Source: Roseateles sp.
Lineage (GTDB): Bacteria > Pseudomonadota > Gammaproteobacteria > Burkholderiales > Burkholderiaceae_C
DNA length: 64,000 nucleotides
Direction of reading: 5' to 3'
Assembly: GCF_046300915.1 (NCBI RefSeq)
Contig: NZ_JBKCLH010000140.1
Location: forward strand, 3,380 to 67,379
Shown piece by piece: positions 27,199 to 37,290 of this stretch; within the stretch, counting starts at the first letter, position 1, and each line of letters starts with the position of its first letter. The translations under genes were made by a program, and so were the position numbers. Under the pieces are notes generated by a model. That model had not been told where the DNA came from and did not search any database. It saw nothing but the letters and a program-made list of their open reading frames with translations.

Positions 27199-29297
27199 GT
27201 TCTCTCCCCGTCCAGCTGCTGCCAGAGGTAGCTGTACTCCAGGGCCTGCAAGGTGGCGCGCTGCTCGTTGTCGGCCGCGCCGCCGTGGCCGCCCTCGATG
27301 TTTTCGTAGTAGAGGATCTCGTGGCCCTGTTCCAGCATGCGCGCCGCCATCTTGCGGGCATGGCCGGGGTGGACGCGATCGTCGCGCGTGGAGGTGGTGA
27401 AGAAGATGCGTGGGTACTGCCGCTCGGCCCGCACATTCTGGTAGGGGCTGTAGCGCGAGATCACGGCCCAGTCCTTGGCCTCGTCGGGGTTGCCGTACTC
27501 GGCCATCCAGGAGGCGCCGGCCAGCAGCTGGTGATAGCGGCGCATGTCCAGCAGAGGCACCTGGCAGACCACGGCATTGAAGAGCTCGGGCCGCTGCATG
27601 CTGACCGCGCCCACTAGCAGGCCGCCATTGCTGCCACCCATGATGCCCAGCTGGGCCGGGCGGCTGATGCCGCGGGCGATCAGGTCCTCGGCCACGGCGA
27701 TGAAGTCCTCGTAGCTCTTGTGCTTGTGCTCGAGGATGGCGGCCTGGTGCCAGGCGGGGCCGAACTCGCCGCCGCCGCGGATATTGGCCAGCACCAGCAC
27801 ACCACCGCGCTGGTACCAGGCGCGGCCAAAGCCGCCCGAGTACCAGGGTTGCAGGCTGACCTCGAAGCCGCCATAGCCCTAGAGCAGGGTGGGGTTGCGG
27901 CCATCGGCTTTGGCTCCGGCCGGCCAGATCACGAAATAGGGCACGGCCGTGCCGTCGGCGCTGCGGGCAAAGAACTGCTCGGCGCGCATGCCGGCGGCCT
28001 CGAACTGGGGCTGGCGGGCCTTGAGCGGCTCGCGGGCGTCCTCGCCCGCACGGGCCAGGGCCAGGGTGTCGGGGGTGAGGAAGTCGGTGTAGCTCAGCAG
28101 GTAGTGGTCGGCCAGCGGGTCCTCGGCCAGCTCGTCGTCGTGCAGGCCGGCCAGGCCCAGGGTGCCGGGGAAGGGGGCGGGTACGCTGCGATGGCGCGGT
28201 GGCGTGCAGCGGAAGTCCCATTCCTCCAGGCGGCTGGCCACGTTCTCCGAGACATTGAGCAGCAGATGCTCGCGGGTGAGCGTGTAGTCCGCCAGGGATC
28301 GGGTGGGGCTGGGCCTGAACAGGGCCTGGAAGCGGCGCTCGCCGGCCAGATAGGCAGCGGCATCGGCCAGCAGCAGGCTGCCGCTGGCATGGGTCGTCTG
28401 GCCTTCCAACACCCAGTCGCTGCGCAGGGAGATCAGCAGGTGCGGGCCCCAGAAATGGGGCTGGGCATCGTCCGGCAGGTCCAGCCGGGTCAGTGAGCCA
28501 TCGGGTTGCAGCAGAAAGCTGGCCTGGCGGTAGAAGTCGAGAGCGCGCACGAAGAGCGTTCGCTCATAGCCCGGGCGGCGGTCCACCTGGACCGAGACCA
28601 CAACATCCTGGGCCTCGCCCTCGAACACGGTCTGGGCCTGCTCCAGCGGCGTGCCGCGGCGCCAGCGCTTGAGCACGCGCACATAGCCCGAGTCCGTGAG
28701 CGAGCCGGGGCCGAAATCCGTGCCCACGTAAACGGTGTCGGCGTCTATCCACGCCAGCTGGCTCTTGGCCTCGGGCAGCTCGAAGCCGCCCTCGGCGGCC
28801 GGGATGAAGCGCTTGTCCACCAGATCGAACTCGCGCACCACATGGGCGTCGGCCCCGCCGCGCGAGAGCGAGACCAGGCAGCGCCGGTAGTCGGGGCCCA
28901 GGGCATCGGCCCCGGCAAAGACCCAGCTCTCGCCCTCGGCCGCGCCCAGGGCGTCCAGGTCCAGCACGGTTTCCCAGGCGGGCTCGGGGCGGCGGTACTC
29001 GTCCAGCGTGCAGCGCCGCCACAGGCCGCGCTTGTGCGCTTCGTCCTGCCAGAGGTTGTAGAAGAAGGCACCGCGGCGCGTGATCTGCGGAATGCGGTCG
29101 TGCGCGTTCAGCACCTCCAGCAGCTCGCGGCGCAGGGCAGGGTAGCGCTGGCCGTCCTGCAGTCGCGCCAGGCTCTGGGCATTGCGCTCGCGCACCCAGC
29201 TCAGGGCGCGCTCGCTGTCCACCTCCTCCAGCCAGAGGTAGGGATCGTCCTGGCCGATCTCGGCCTTCAGGGTGTCGGGGGGCAGGTCTTGCGGCAT
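27195..29297 (-). pseudogene. Prolyl oligopeptidase (S9A) family serine peptidase interrupted by an in-frame TAG
   Basis: Track ORFs 27879..29297 and 27195..27800 are in the same frame. Translation across the junction reads ...GRNPTLL*GYGGFEVSLQPWYS..., with the TAG (27879-27881) where family members have Tyr (LLYGYGGF). Catalytic GGSNGGLL and HGG motifs lie downstream. Confidence 0.8.
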
Positions 29298-29346
29298 CGG
29301 GGCTCCGGTTCAGCGCGACCGGAGGACGCCATCCGCCCACCGGTCT

Positions 29347-29907
29347 TCAGTCAGCCCGCAGCTTAAGCGCTTGCGGCGTGATCTCCACCGACGCATTGGG
29401 GGTGGACATCTGGATGATGCCGTCCTGCACCATCACCTGCAGCTGCATGCTGCGCTCGGCCATGGCGATCAGGGCCTGGGACTGCTCGGCCGGAATCTGC
29501 CAGACCGCCAGCTTGGGCGCGCGGGTGAGCTTGTTCTCGATCTGGCTCCACCACACCGGGGTGCTGCTGGCGTAGCTGATCACGGTGACCTGCTCGGCGC
29601 GGCCATGGGCCTTCATGATGCGGCGCTCGTCGGGCTGGCCCAGGTCGATCCAGTGCACCACCTCGCCCGTGAGGTCCAGCTGCCAGAGATCGGGGTCATC
29701 CACCTCGGACAGGCCCTTGGTGAACTCCAGGCGGCCACGCAGCTCGTCGGCCGGGATGTGCAGGGCGTAGGCCAGGATGCGCACCATCATGCGCTCGTCG
29801 GTCTCCGAGGGGTGGCGGGCGATGGTGAGGTTGTGCTCGCCGTAGACATGGCGGTCCATGTCGGCGATCTGCAGCTGGGCTTTGTGGATGGTGGCTTTGA
29901 GCGCCAT
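29347..29907 (-). CDS. yaeQ: YaeQ-family protein
   Basis: ATG at 29907 (MALKATIHKAQLQIADMDRHVY...), the canonical YaeQ N-terminus. 186 aa. The longer track ORF is an artefactual extension. Confidence 0.85.
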   Translation of the reverse strand: MALKATIHKAQLQIADMDRHVYGEHNLTIARHPSETDERMMVRILAYALHIPADELRGRLEFTKGLSEVDDPDLWQLDLTGEVVHWIDLGQPDERRIMKAHGRAEQVTVISYASSTPVWWSQIENKLTRAPKLAVWQIPAEQSQALIAMAERSMQLQVMVQDGIIQMSTPNASVEITPQALKLRAD

Positions 29908-30025
29908 GGCGGTGGGTCTGCTTGCGGGGGCGAAACCGCGCATTATCGGGCTCGTGGCATGATGCCGGCCTGTTTGCGCGACCGGCGACAGGCCGGACGC
30001 CCCGAATTTCCGCGAGACCCCGTCC

Positions 30026-30688
30026 ATGAAACGCATCCTGCTCTGCACCCTCATCGTCGCCGCCCTGCCGGCCCTGGCCCAAGTCAGCGCCAATCCCAAT
30101 GCCAAGGTCGACCCCAAGAACAACAAGGTCAGCCGTCCGGTGGTGGAGAAGCCCAAGCAGAAGCTGATGACGCGCGATGAGCTGCGCGCCTGCCTGGTGC
30201 GTTTCGACAAGAACGAAACCGATGCCAAGGACATCAAGGCCGCCCAGGCCGCCGATGCCGAGGAGCGCGCCGCCGTGCTCAAGCTCAAGGACGAGCTGAC
30301 CCAGGCCGGCCAGGGCCTGAGCAGCAATGCCACCGAGATCAAGGCCGAGCGCGAAACCCTGATCAAGGACCAGGAAGGCCTCAAGGCGCAGATCGCCAAG
30401 ATGGAGCGTGCCGACGCCGAGAAGGTGCTCAACGACTACAAGGCCCGCGCCGCCGCGCATGACGCCCGCATCGAGGCCTTCAACAAGAGCAAGACCAAGT
30501 ACGACGCCGACGCCAAGGGTTTCGAGACCCGCATCGAGGCCTACAACGCCTCCAGCAAGGCACTGCAGGCCCGCACCGAAGCCCATCTGGACGAGGTGGA
30601 CGACTGGAAGGCCGAGTGCAGCAACAAGCCCTATGACGAGGCCGACGAGATCGCGGTGCGCAAGGAGCTGGGCCTGAACAAGAAGTAA
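30026..30688 (+). CDS. Secreted coiled-coil protein, function unknown
   Basis: Signal peptide MKRILLCTLIVAALPALAQ. K/E/A-rich heptad-like sequence, high third-position GC, followed by a terminator. Confidence 0.65.
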   Translation: MKRILLCTLIVAALPALAQVSANPNAKVDPKNNKVSRPVVEKPKQKLMTRDELRACLVRFDKNETDAKDIKAAQAADAEERAAVLKLKDELTQAGQGLSSNATEIKAERETLIKDQEGLKAQIAKMERADAEKVLNDYKARAAAHDARIEAFNKSKTKYDADAKGFETRIEAYNASSKALQARTEAHLDEVDDWKAECSNKPYDEADEIAVRKELGLNKK

Positions 30689-30747
30689 GCCCTTCGCCGG
30701 GGCCGCCCTGCAGCGGCGACCCAGCTCATGCAAAATGCGGCCTGCAC

Positions 30748-30783
30748 ACGGCGCCTCTCCCGACCCGGAGCGGCGCCGTTTTC
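30748..30783 (+). terminator. Rho-independent terminator
   Basis: ACGGCGCC(t)CTCC-cgaccc-GGAG(c)GGCGCCGT followed by TTTT. Confidence 0.55.
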
Positions 30784-30827
30784 CTAAACAGGCCGTCCCA
30801 CGAGGGCGGGCATCACCCGAGACACGC

Positions 30828-32891
30828 ATGAGCCAAGCCGCCTCCAATCCCCTGCTGCAAGACTGGAACGATCAGCCCTACGGCCTGCCGCCTTTTGCCC
30901 GCATCGAGGCCGCGCATTTCGCCCCGGCCTTCGAGGCTGCCCTGGCCGAGCACCGTGCCGAGCTGGACCGCATCGCGGCCCAGGACCAGCCGCCCAGCTT
31001 CGAGAACACCATCGCGGCCTTCGACCGCAGCGGCCGCCTGTTGGCGCGCCTGGAACATCTCTTCTACACCCTGGGCGCTTCGGCCACCTCACCCGAGCTG
31101 CAGGCCGCCCAGCGCGCCCTGGCTGCGCCGCTGGCCGCCCATGGCAATGCCGTCTACATGCATGCCGCGCTGTTCAAGCGCGTGGACGCGCTCTACGCCG
31201 AGCGCCAGGCCCTGGGCCTGAGCCCCGAGCAGCTGCGCCTGCTGGAGCGTATCCATCTGGACTTCGTGCGCGCCGGTGCCAAGCTGCAGGGCGAGGCCCA
31301 GGCCCGCTACGCCCAGGTGGTGGAACGCCTGGCCGAGCTGCACACCCTGTTCGGCCAGAACGTGCTGGCCGATGAGAGCGGCTACCAGCTGCTGCTGCGC
31401 GGCGAGGACGAGCTGGCCGGCCTGCCCGACTTTGTTCGCGCCGCGGCCCGCCAGGCCGCCGTGGACCGCGGCCTGGGCGAGGATGCCGGCGCCCATGTGA
31501 TCACGCTCTCGCGCTCCCAGATCGTGCCCTTCCTGAGCTTCAGCGAGCGTCGCGACCTGCGCGAGCAGGCCTGGCGCGCCTGGATCGGCCGAGGCGAGAA
31601 GGACGGCGCCACCGACAACCGCGCCGTGGCCCAGGAGATCCTCACCCTGCGCAATGAGCAGGCCCGTCTGCATGGCCATGCCTGCTACGCCGACTACGCC
31701 CTGGCCGACACCATGGCCGGTTCGCGCGAGGCGGTGCTGGGTCTTCTCAACCAGGTCTGGGAGCCGGCCAAGCAGGCCGCCGCCGCCGAGCGCGAGCAGC
31801 TCGAGGGCATGATGGCTTCGCTGGATCACCGCTTCCCGCTGGAGGCCTGGGACTGGCGCTTCTATGCCGAGAAGGTGCGCAAGGCCCGCTATGAGCTGGA
31901 CGATGCCGAGGTCAAGCCCTACTTCTCGCTGGACGCCATGGTGCAGGCCCTGTTCGACTGCGCCGGCCGCCTCTTCGGCCTGAAGTTCCTGGCTCAGCCC
32001 CAGGTGGCGGGCTACCACCCCGACGTCAAGGTCTACGAGGTGCAGGGCGCGGATGGCGTCTTGCGCGGCGTCTTTGTGCAGGACAACTTCGCCCGCCCCA
32101 CCAAGCGCAGCGGCGCCTGGATGAATGCGCTGCGCTGGCAGGCCCGCAACGGCATCGATGCCCTGCCCATCATCCTGAACAACAACAACTTCGCCAAGGG
32201 CGCAGCGGGTGAGCCCACCCTGCTGTCCTTTGATGACGCGCGTACCTTGTTCCACGAATTCGGCCACGGCCTGCACGGCCTGCTCTCGAACGTGGAGTAC
32301 GAGCGCCTCTCGGGCACCCAGGTGCTGCGCGACTTTGTAGAGCTGCCCTCGCAGATCTTCGAGCACTGGATCAACGAGCCCGAGGTGCTCAAGCAGCACG
32401 CCCGTCACTACAAGACCGGCGAGCCCATCCCCGACGCCCTGCTGGCCAAGATCAAGGCGGCCGAGCTCTTCAACCAGGGCTATGAGACCGTGCGCTACAC
32501 CGCCAGCGCTCTGGTGGACCTGGCCGTGCACGCGCGCACCGAGGCCCAGGGGCCGGATATCACCGCCTTCGAGGCCCAGACCATGGCCGACTACGGCCTG
32601 CCCGCGGCCATTGGCATGAACCACCGCCTGGCGCACTTCCAGCATCTCTTCAGCGGCAGCGGCTATGCCGCCGGCTACTACGTCTATATGTGGGCCGAGG
32701 TGCTGGATGCGGACGGCTACGAGGCCTTCAAGGAGGCCGGCAGCCCCTTCGACGCCCAGGTGGCCCAGCGTCTGCTGACCCATATCTACGCCGCGGGCAA
32801 TAGCTGCGAGCCGCGTGCCACCTACCGCGCCTTCCGCGGGCGCGATGCCCAGGTGCAGCCCATGCTGCGTGGGCGCGGCCTGCTGGTCTGA
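30828..32891 (+). CDS. dcp: M3-family peptidyl-dipeptidase
   Basis: ATG at 30828 (MSQAASNPLLQDWN...). Zn motif HEFGHGLH. About 687 aa. Confidence 0.9.
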   Translation: MSQAASNPLLQDWNDQPYGLPPFARIEAAHFAPAFEAALAEHRAELDRIAAQDQPPSFENTIAAFDRSGRLLARLEHLFYTLGASATSPELQAAQRALAAPLAAHGNAVYMHAALFKRVDALYAERQALGLSPEQLRLLERIHLDFVRAGAKLQGEAQARYAQVVERLAELHTLFGQNVLADESGYQLLLRGEDELAGLPDFVRAAARQAAVDRGLGEDAGAHVITLSRSQIVPFLSFSERRDLREQAWRAWIGRGEKDGATDNRAVAQEILTLRNEQARLHGHACYADYALADTMAGSREAVLGLLNQVWEPAKQAAAAEREQLEGMMASLDHRFPLEAWDWRFYAEKVRKARYELDDAEVKPYFSLDAMVQALFDCAGRLFGLKFLAQPQVAGYHPDVKVYEVQGADGVLRGVFVQDNFARPTKRSGAWMNALRWQARNGIDALPIILNNNNFAKGAAGEPTLLSFDDARTLFHEFGHGLHGLLSNVEYERLSGTQVLRDFVELPSQIFEHWINEPEVLKQHARHYKTGEPIPDALLAKIKAAELFNQGYETVRYTASALVDLAVHARTEAQGPDITAFEAQTMADYGLPAAIGMNHRLAHFQHLFSGSGYAAGYYVYMWAEVLDADGYEAFKEAGSPFDAQVAQRLLTHIYAAGNSCEPRATYRAFRGRDAQVQPMLRGRGLLV

Positions 32892-32925
32892 GCGTCTTGT
32901 TTACCGCGCCATGAAGGCCGGCGCC

Positions 32926-33312
32926 TCAGGCACCGGCCGGAAAGCGCTGGTCCAGGCCGGTCAGAAAGGCCTTGAAGTCAATGGGCTTGGTCCAGTAGGC
33001 GGCAAAGCCCGCGGCCAGGGCCCGGCGTATGTCCTCGGGCATGGCATTGGCTGATAGCGCGATGCAAGGGATGCCGGCCGTGAGGGCATCGGCTTGCAGC
33101 AGACGCATCACCTCGTAACCGTCCATATCGGGCAGCTGCATGTCCAGCAGAATGAGCTGCGGGTGCTGCCGCCGCGCAGCCTCCAGGCCGCTGGCACCGT
33201 CGGGTGAGCAGCTGAGCTGCAGATGGGGGCGCTGGGCCACCAGTTCCTCCACGACCAGCTGATTGACCGGGTTGTCTTCGATATAGAGGATCTGGGGCGG
33301 GGCACTGCGCAT
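32926..33312 (-). CDS. Stand-alone receiver (REC) response regulator
   Basis: ILYIEDNPVN...LILLDMQLPDMDG...TKP: REC motifs only, about 128 aa. The start could be 33348 instead. Confidence 0.8.
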   Translation of the reverse strand: MRSAPPQILYIEDNPVNQLVVEELVAQRPHLQLSCSPDGASGLEAARRQHPQLILLDMQLPDMDGYEVMRLLQADALTAGIPCIALSANAMPEDIRRALAAGFAAYWTKPIDFKAFLTGLDQRFPAGA

Positions 33313-33400
33313 GGCCTCGACTGTAGCTCGGCTTGAGCCTGCCTCCATCCCGTGGCAGCATGCCGGGCCTTGCGATTGACAAAGTCTGGGAGTGGCGCAC

Positions 33401-34402
33401 ATGCATATCGGAGTCTTGACCGGCGGCGGGGACTGTTCGGGTCTCAATGCCTTGCTGCGCGGCCTGGTCCTGAGCCTGGTGGAGCGCCACGGTCTGCGGG
33501 TCAGCGGCGTACGCCAGGGTTTTCTGGGCCTGCTGGAAGACCGCGTCGAGCCCCTGAGTCCCGAGCGCGTGCGTGGACAGCTGCTGGAGGGGGGCAGCCT
33601 GCTGGGCTGTCACAACAAGGCCAATCCCTTTGCCTATTTCGGGGCCGGCGGGGCGGACTGTTCCGAGCGCGTGCTGGCCTGCGCCGAGCGCCACGGCCTG
33701 GACGCCCTGGTGGTGGTGGGTGGCGACGGCACCATGGGCATTGCCGAGCGCATCCACCGCCTGGGTCTGCCGGTGCTGGGCCTGCCCAAGACCATCGACA
33801 ACGACCTGATGCACAACGAGCGCAGCCTGGGCTTTGACAGCGCGGTGGAGGTGGTGTCCCAGGCCCTGCGCCGGCTCAAGACCACGGCCGCCAGCCATGG
33901 CCGGGTGCTGCTGCTGGAAGCCATGGGCCGTACCGCCGGCTGGCTGGCCCTGGAGGGCGGCCTGGCCGGTGGGGCCGATTTGATCGTGCTGCCCGAGCTG
34001 GGCTTTGAGGAAGCCGAGCTGCTGCAGCGCTGCCAGGCCTTGCTGGCCCGCCAGGGCCATGCGGTGGTCTGCGTGGCCGAAGGCGCGGCCTCGGTGGAGG
34101 CCTTGCGCCCGCGCCTGCAGGCTGGCCTGGGCGAGGGCGTGGAGCTGCGCACCCTGGTACTGGGGCATCTGCAGCGCGGCGGCGAGCCTACGCCCTTTGA
34201 CCGGGTGCTGGGCAGCCGCCTGGGCGTAATGGGGGCCGAGGCCGTGGTGGCGCGGCGCTTTGGCCAGCTGCTGAGCTGGCAGGGCCAGGGCTGTGAGTTC
34301 CGGCCCCTGGCCGATGTGGTGGGCCAGCCCCGCCTGGTGCCGCCCGGCCATGAGCTGCTGCGCACTGCCCAGGGCCTGGGGGCGATTCTCGCTCGGGGTT
34401 AA
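33401..34402 (+). CDS. 6-phosphofructokinase (ATP- or PPi-dependent; GGDCSGLNA type)
   Basis: GGGAG at 33388-33392 then ATG at 33401 (MHIGVLTGGGDCSGLNA). PKTIDND motif. 333 aa. Confidence 0.85.
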   Translation: MHIGVLTGGGDCSGLNALLRGLVLSLVERHGLRVSGVRQGFLGLLEDRVEPLSPERVRGQLLEGGSLLGCHNKANPFAYFGAGGADCSERVLACAERHGLDALVVVGGDGTMGIAERIHRLGLPVLGLPKTIDNDLMHNERSLGFDSAVEVVSQALRRLKTTAASHGRVLLLEAMGRTAGWLALEGGLAGGADLIVLPELGFEEAELLQRCQALLARQGHAVVCVAEGAASVEALRPRLQAGLGEGVELRTLVLGHLQRGGEPTPFDRVLGSRLGVMGAEAVVARRFGQLLSWQGQGCEFRPLADVVGQPRLVPPGHELLRTAQGLGAILARG

Positions 34403-34412
34403 CCCGCGCATT

Positions 34413-34433
34413 CGTCGCCGCGGGCGACGTTTC
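34413..34433 (+). terminator. Rho-independent terminator after pfk
   Basis: CGTCGCC-GCG-GGCGACG followed by TTTCAT. Confidence 0.55.
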
Positions 34434-34547
34434 ATCGGGCCGGCCTGCACTTCGTCGCAGGCCTGTTGAGGCGGGGCAGGGGGCTCGCGACACTGCGTCC
34501 ATCGCAGGCCGCCAAGACGCGGTCACCCAGCCCCAAAGGAGCCCGTC

Positions 34548-34835
34548 ATGAACCGCAAGAACTCGCTGATCGCCACCCCCTCCAGCGCCGAGCGCGCCCT
34601 GGCCGGCTACGACCGCCGCGCCGGCCTGCGTGGCCTGGCCTCCCTGGGCCTGGCGGCCGTGGTGGTGGCCAGCCTGGGTGCTGCCCTGCAGGCCTCGGCC
34701 CAGCCCCGTCCGCAGCCCCAGGGCGTGCAGCAGCTGCCCGCGGTGCTCATCGTGGGAAAGAGTCAGACCGTGCAGCAGCTGCCGCGCGTGCTGATCGAGG
34801 GTCGCCGCCAGGCCACCGCCCCGCTCGCCGAGTGA
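34548..34835 (+). CDS. Small secreted protein with a tandem 15-aa repeat, function unknown
   Basis: AAGGAG at 34536-34541 then ATG at 34548. Signal peptide with an RR (YDRRAGLRGLASLGLAAVVVASLGAALQASA). Repeats VQQLPAVLIVGKSQT / VQQLPRVLIEGRRQA. Confidence 0.5.
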   Translation: MNRKNSLIATPSSAERALAGYDRRAGLRGLASLGLAAVVVASLGAALQASAQPRPQPQGVQQLPAVLIVGKSQTVQQLPRVLIEGRRQATAPLAE

Positions 34836-34904
34836 GTTGGTGCATGATGCGGGCTCCGGTGCTCCCGCGGTGCCGCTGACCCCCTCTCATTGCCCCAGCA
34901 CACC

Positions 34905-35681
34905 ATGAGCGCTGCCGCCCCGAGTTCCCCTGCTTCCTCCTCGCCTCGCTACGCCCTGATCACCGGTGCCGGTAGCGGCATCGGCCGGGCCTGCGCCCAG
35001 GCCCTGATGCACGCGGGCTGGACCGTGGCCCTGGTGGGGCGGCGCGAAGCGGCGCTGACCGAGACCGCTGCGGCGGCGCCCGAGCGTGCCCTGGTGCTGG
35101 CCGGCGATGTGAGCCGGCCCGAAGCGGTGCGCGAGATCTTCGCGGTTGTGGAGCAGCGCTTCGGCCGCCTGGATCTGCTCTTCAACAACGCCGGGCTCTC
35201 GGCCCCGGCCGTGCCGGTGGACGAGCTCAGCTTCGAGCGGTGGCAGGCCGTGGTGGATGTGAACCTCACCGGCAGCTTTCTCTGCGCGCAAGCCGCCTTC
35301 GCCCTGATGAAGCGCCAGAGCCCGCGCGGCGGCCGCATCATCAACAACGGCTCGATCTCGGCCTACGCGCCGCGCCCCAACTCCGCCCCCTACACAGCCA
35401 CCAAGCACGCCATCAGCGGCCTGACCAAGGCCCTGGCCCTGGACGGCCGGGCCTTCGACATCGCCGTGGGCCAGCTCGATATCGGCAATGCCCTGACCGA
35501 GATGGCCCGCCCCATGACCCAGGGCGTGCGCCAGGCCAATGGCCAGATTGCCGTGGAACCCACCATGGACGTGCGGCATGTGGCCGAGGCCCTGCTGCAC
35601 ATGGCGTCCCTGCCGCTTTCGGCCAATGTCTTGAATATGACGGTGATGGCCACATCTATGCCTTTTGTCGGTCGCGGCTGA
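34905..35681 (+). CDS. SDR-family oxidoreductase
   Basis: [14 protein letters not shown] and YxxxK (YTATKHA) motifs. ATG at 34905 (the track start at 34890 is TTG). Confidence 0.9.
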   Translation: MSAAAPSSPASSSPRYALITGAGSGIGRACAQALMHAGWTVALVGRREAALTETAAAAPERALVLAGDVSRPEAVREIFAVVEQRFGRLDLLFNNAGLSAPAVPVDELSFERWQAVVDVNLTGSFLCAQAAFALMKRQSPRGGRIINNGSISAYAPRPNSAPYTATKHAISGLTKALALDGRAFDIAVGQLDIGNALTEMARPMTQGVRQANGQIAVEPTMDVRHVAEALLHMASLPLSANVLNMTVMATSMPFVGRG

Positions 35682-35703
35682 GCGGCCAAGGAAGAAACCA
35701 CCG

Positions 35704-36000
35704 ATGCTCTCTGCTCTCGCTTCGTTTGCCCTGCGCCTGCTGCTGGCGGTCGCCACCGTGCTGCTGGTGCTGGCGCTGATGGGCGTGGCCCTGCTGACCT
35801 TGCTGGGCCTCACGATCTGGAGCCTGATCCGCGGCCGCAAGCCGGTGCTGGACCTCTCGGGCTTTGCCCGGGCGCGTCAGTTCCGGGCGGGCACGGGCAT
35901 GGGCGGTGGCGGTGCTTTCGGCCGCCGCGCGCCCGCCGGTGAGGTCGTGGATGTGGAAGTGCGCGAGGTCAAGCCCGAGCCGGCGCGGCTGGAGCCCTGA
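35704..36000 (+). CDS. Small membrane protein, function unknown
   Basis: ATG at 35704 after AGGAAG. Two predicted TM helices then a Gly/Arg-rich tail. Codon bias is consistent with coding. Confidence 0.45.
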   Translation: MLSALASFALRLLLAVATVLLVLALMGVALLTLLGLTIWSLIRGRKPVLDLSGFARARQFRAGTGMGGGGAFGRRAPAGEVVDVEVREVKPEPARLEP

Positions 36001-36025
36001 ACCCGGGCCAGGACGGAGCCGGGCC

Positions 36026-36937
36026 TTACCAGCGCTGGCGGCTCAGCTCTTCCAGGATCTCGCCGTAGATGCGGTAGCGCGAGGCGCTGATCTGCCCGGC
36101 CTGCAGCGCGGCGATCACGCCGCAGCCCGGCTCGTGCTGGTGCGTGCAGTTGTAGAAACGGCAGTCGCCCGCATGGGCGCGCAGATCCGGCATCAGCAGG
36201 GGCAGCTGGGCCGGCTCGATCTGCTTGAGGCCGAACTCCTGAAAACCTGGTGAATCGATCAGGGCCGTGCGCGGCTGGGCCTCGTCCATCCAGTACCACT
36301 GGGTGGTGGTGGTGGTGTGGCGGCCCGAGTTCAGGGCCTGGGAAATATCGCCCACCTGAGCCTGGGCATCGGGCACCAGCAGATTGATCAGGGTGCTCTT
36401 GCCCGTGCCGCTGGGGCCCAGCACAAAGGTCCGCTTGCCCTGCAGCCAGGGCGTGAGCAAGGCGCGCGAGCCCTCGGGATCGGCCTTGAGCGCCACCTCC
36501 ATCACCTCCATGCCCATATCGCGGTAGGGCTGCAGGCGCTCGCGCGCCGCGGCCGCGCCGGGCAGGTCGGTCTTGTTCAGGGCGATGCGGGCGCTGATAC
36601 CGGCGCTCTCCGCGGCGATCAGGGCGCGTGCCAGCTGGCTTTCGCTGAACACCGGCTCCACCGCCACCAGCACCAGCAGCTGGTCCAGATTGGCGGCAAA
36701 GCTCTTGGTCTTCCACTCGTCCTGGCGGAACAGCAGATTGCGGCGCGGCTCCACGGCCTCGATCACGCCCTCGTCGCCGCTGGGGGCCCAGCGCACCTGG
36801 TCGCCCACCACGCAGTCACTCTTCTTGCCGCGCGGGTGGCAGACATGGCGCTGCCCCTGCGCGTCCTCCACGATGTAGTGGCGGCCATGGCCGCGCACCA
36901 CCAGGCCCAGATCCAGATGGGCGTGCTTGCTGCTCAT
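36026..36937 (-). CDS. rsgA: Ribosome small-subunit-dependent GTPase A
   Basis: GPSGTGKSTLIN P-loop, C-terminal Zn cluster CRFYNCTHQHEPGCGV. ATGA overlap with the phhB stop. Confidence 0.92.
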   Translation of the reverse strand: MSSKHAHLDLGLVVRGHGRHYIVEDAQGQRHVCHPRGKKSDCVVGDQVRWAPSGDEGVIEAVEPRRNLLFRQDEWKTKSFAANLDQLLVLVAVEPVFSESQLARALIAAESAGISARIALNKTDLPGAAAARERLQPYRDMGMEVMEVALKADPEGSRALLTPWLQGKRTFVLGPSGTGKSTLINLLVPDAQAQVGDISQALNSGRHTTTTTQWYWMDEAQPRTALIDSPGFQEFGLKQIEPAQLPLLMPDLRAHAGDCRFYNCTHQHEPGCGVIAALQAGQISASRYRIYGEILEELSRQRW

Positions 36938-37269
36938 TGAGCGGATTCGGCTTCCGGCAGGGCCGAGACCTGGGCCGCGCAGATGAAGTCATTGCTCGTC
37001 AGCCCCTTGGCGCTGTGGGTGCTGAAGCTCACGGTGCAGGCGCCGTAGCTCACCATCAGATCGGGGTGATGGTCCTGGGCATGGGCCAGCTCGGCCACGG
37101 CGTTCACAAAGGCCATGGTCTGGTAGTAGTTCTCGAAGCGGAAGGCACGGGCGATTAGCTTGTTCTCGGCGTCCGGCTGCCAGCCGGGCACCTGGCCCAG
37201 CCAGGTGGGCAGCTGTTCGGCGGCGATGGGTTCACGCTGGGGCGTGCATTGGGCAAGCAGGAGATTCAT
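36934..37269 (-). CDS. phhB: 4a-hydroxytetrahydrobiopterin dehydratase
   Basis: 111 aa, with the AQDHHPDL motif characteristic of PCD/DCoH. Confidence 0.9.
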   Translation of the reverse strand: MNLLLAQCTPQREPIAAEQLPTWLGQVPGWQPDAENKLIARAFRFENYYQTMAFVNAVAELAHAQDHHPDLMVSYGACTVSFSTHSAKGLTSNDFICAAQVSALPEAESAQ

Positions 37270-37290
37270 GGCGGGGCTCGTTCGGCGTGT

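Noticed and set aside
29965-29996. 9-bp inverted repeat CCGGCCTGT-N14-ACAGGCCGG in the yaeQ / coiled-coil divergent region
   Set aside because: It is a single occurrence with no flanking T-run and no known motif. It was noted only as possible structure.
29696-30847. 383-aa ORF on the - strand spanning the yaeQ / coiled-coil gene region
   Set aside because: It overlaps yaeQ in another frame and is antisense to the secreted coiled-coil gene. It has no motifs, and the annotated alternatives explain the region.
33376-33381. Perfect TTGACA hexamer upstream of pfk
   Set aside because: A -10 element at the proper spacing would fall on the pfk start codon itself, so a functional promoter is unlikely unless the transcript is leaderless. 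No matching -10 was seen.
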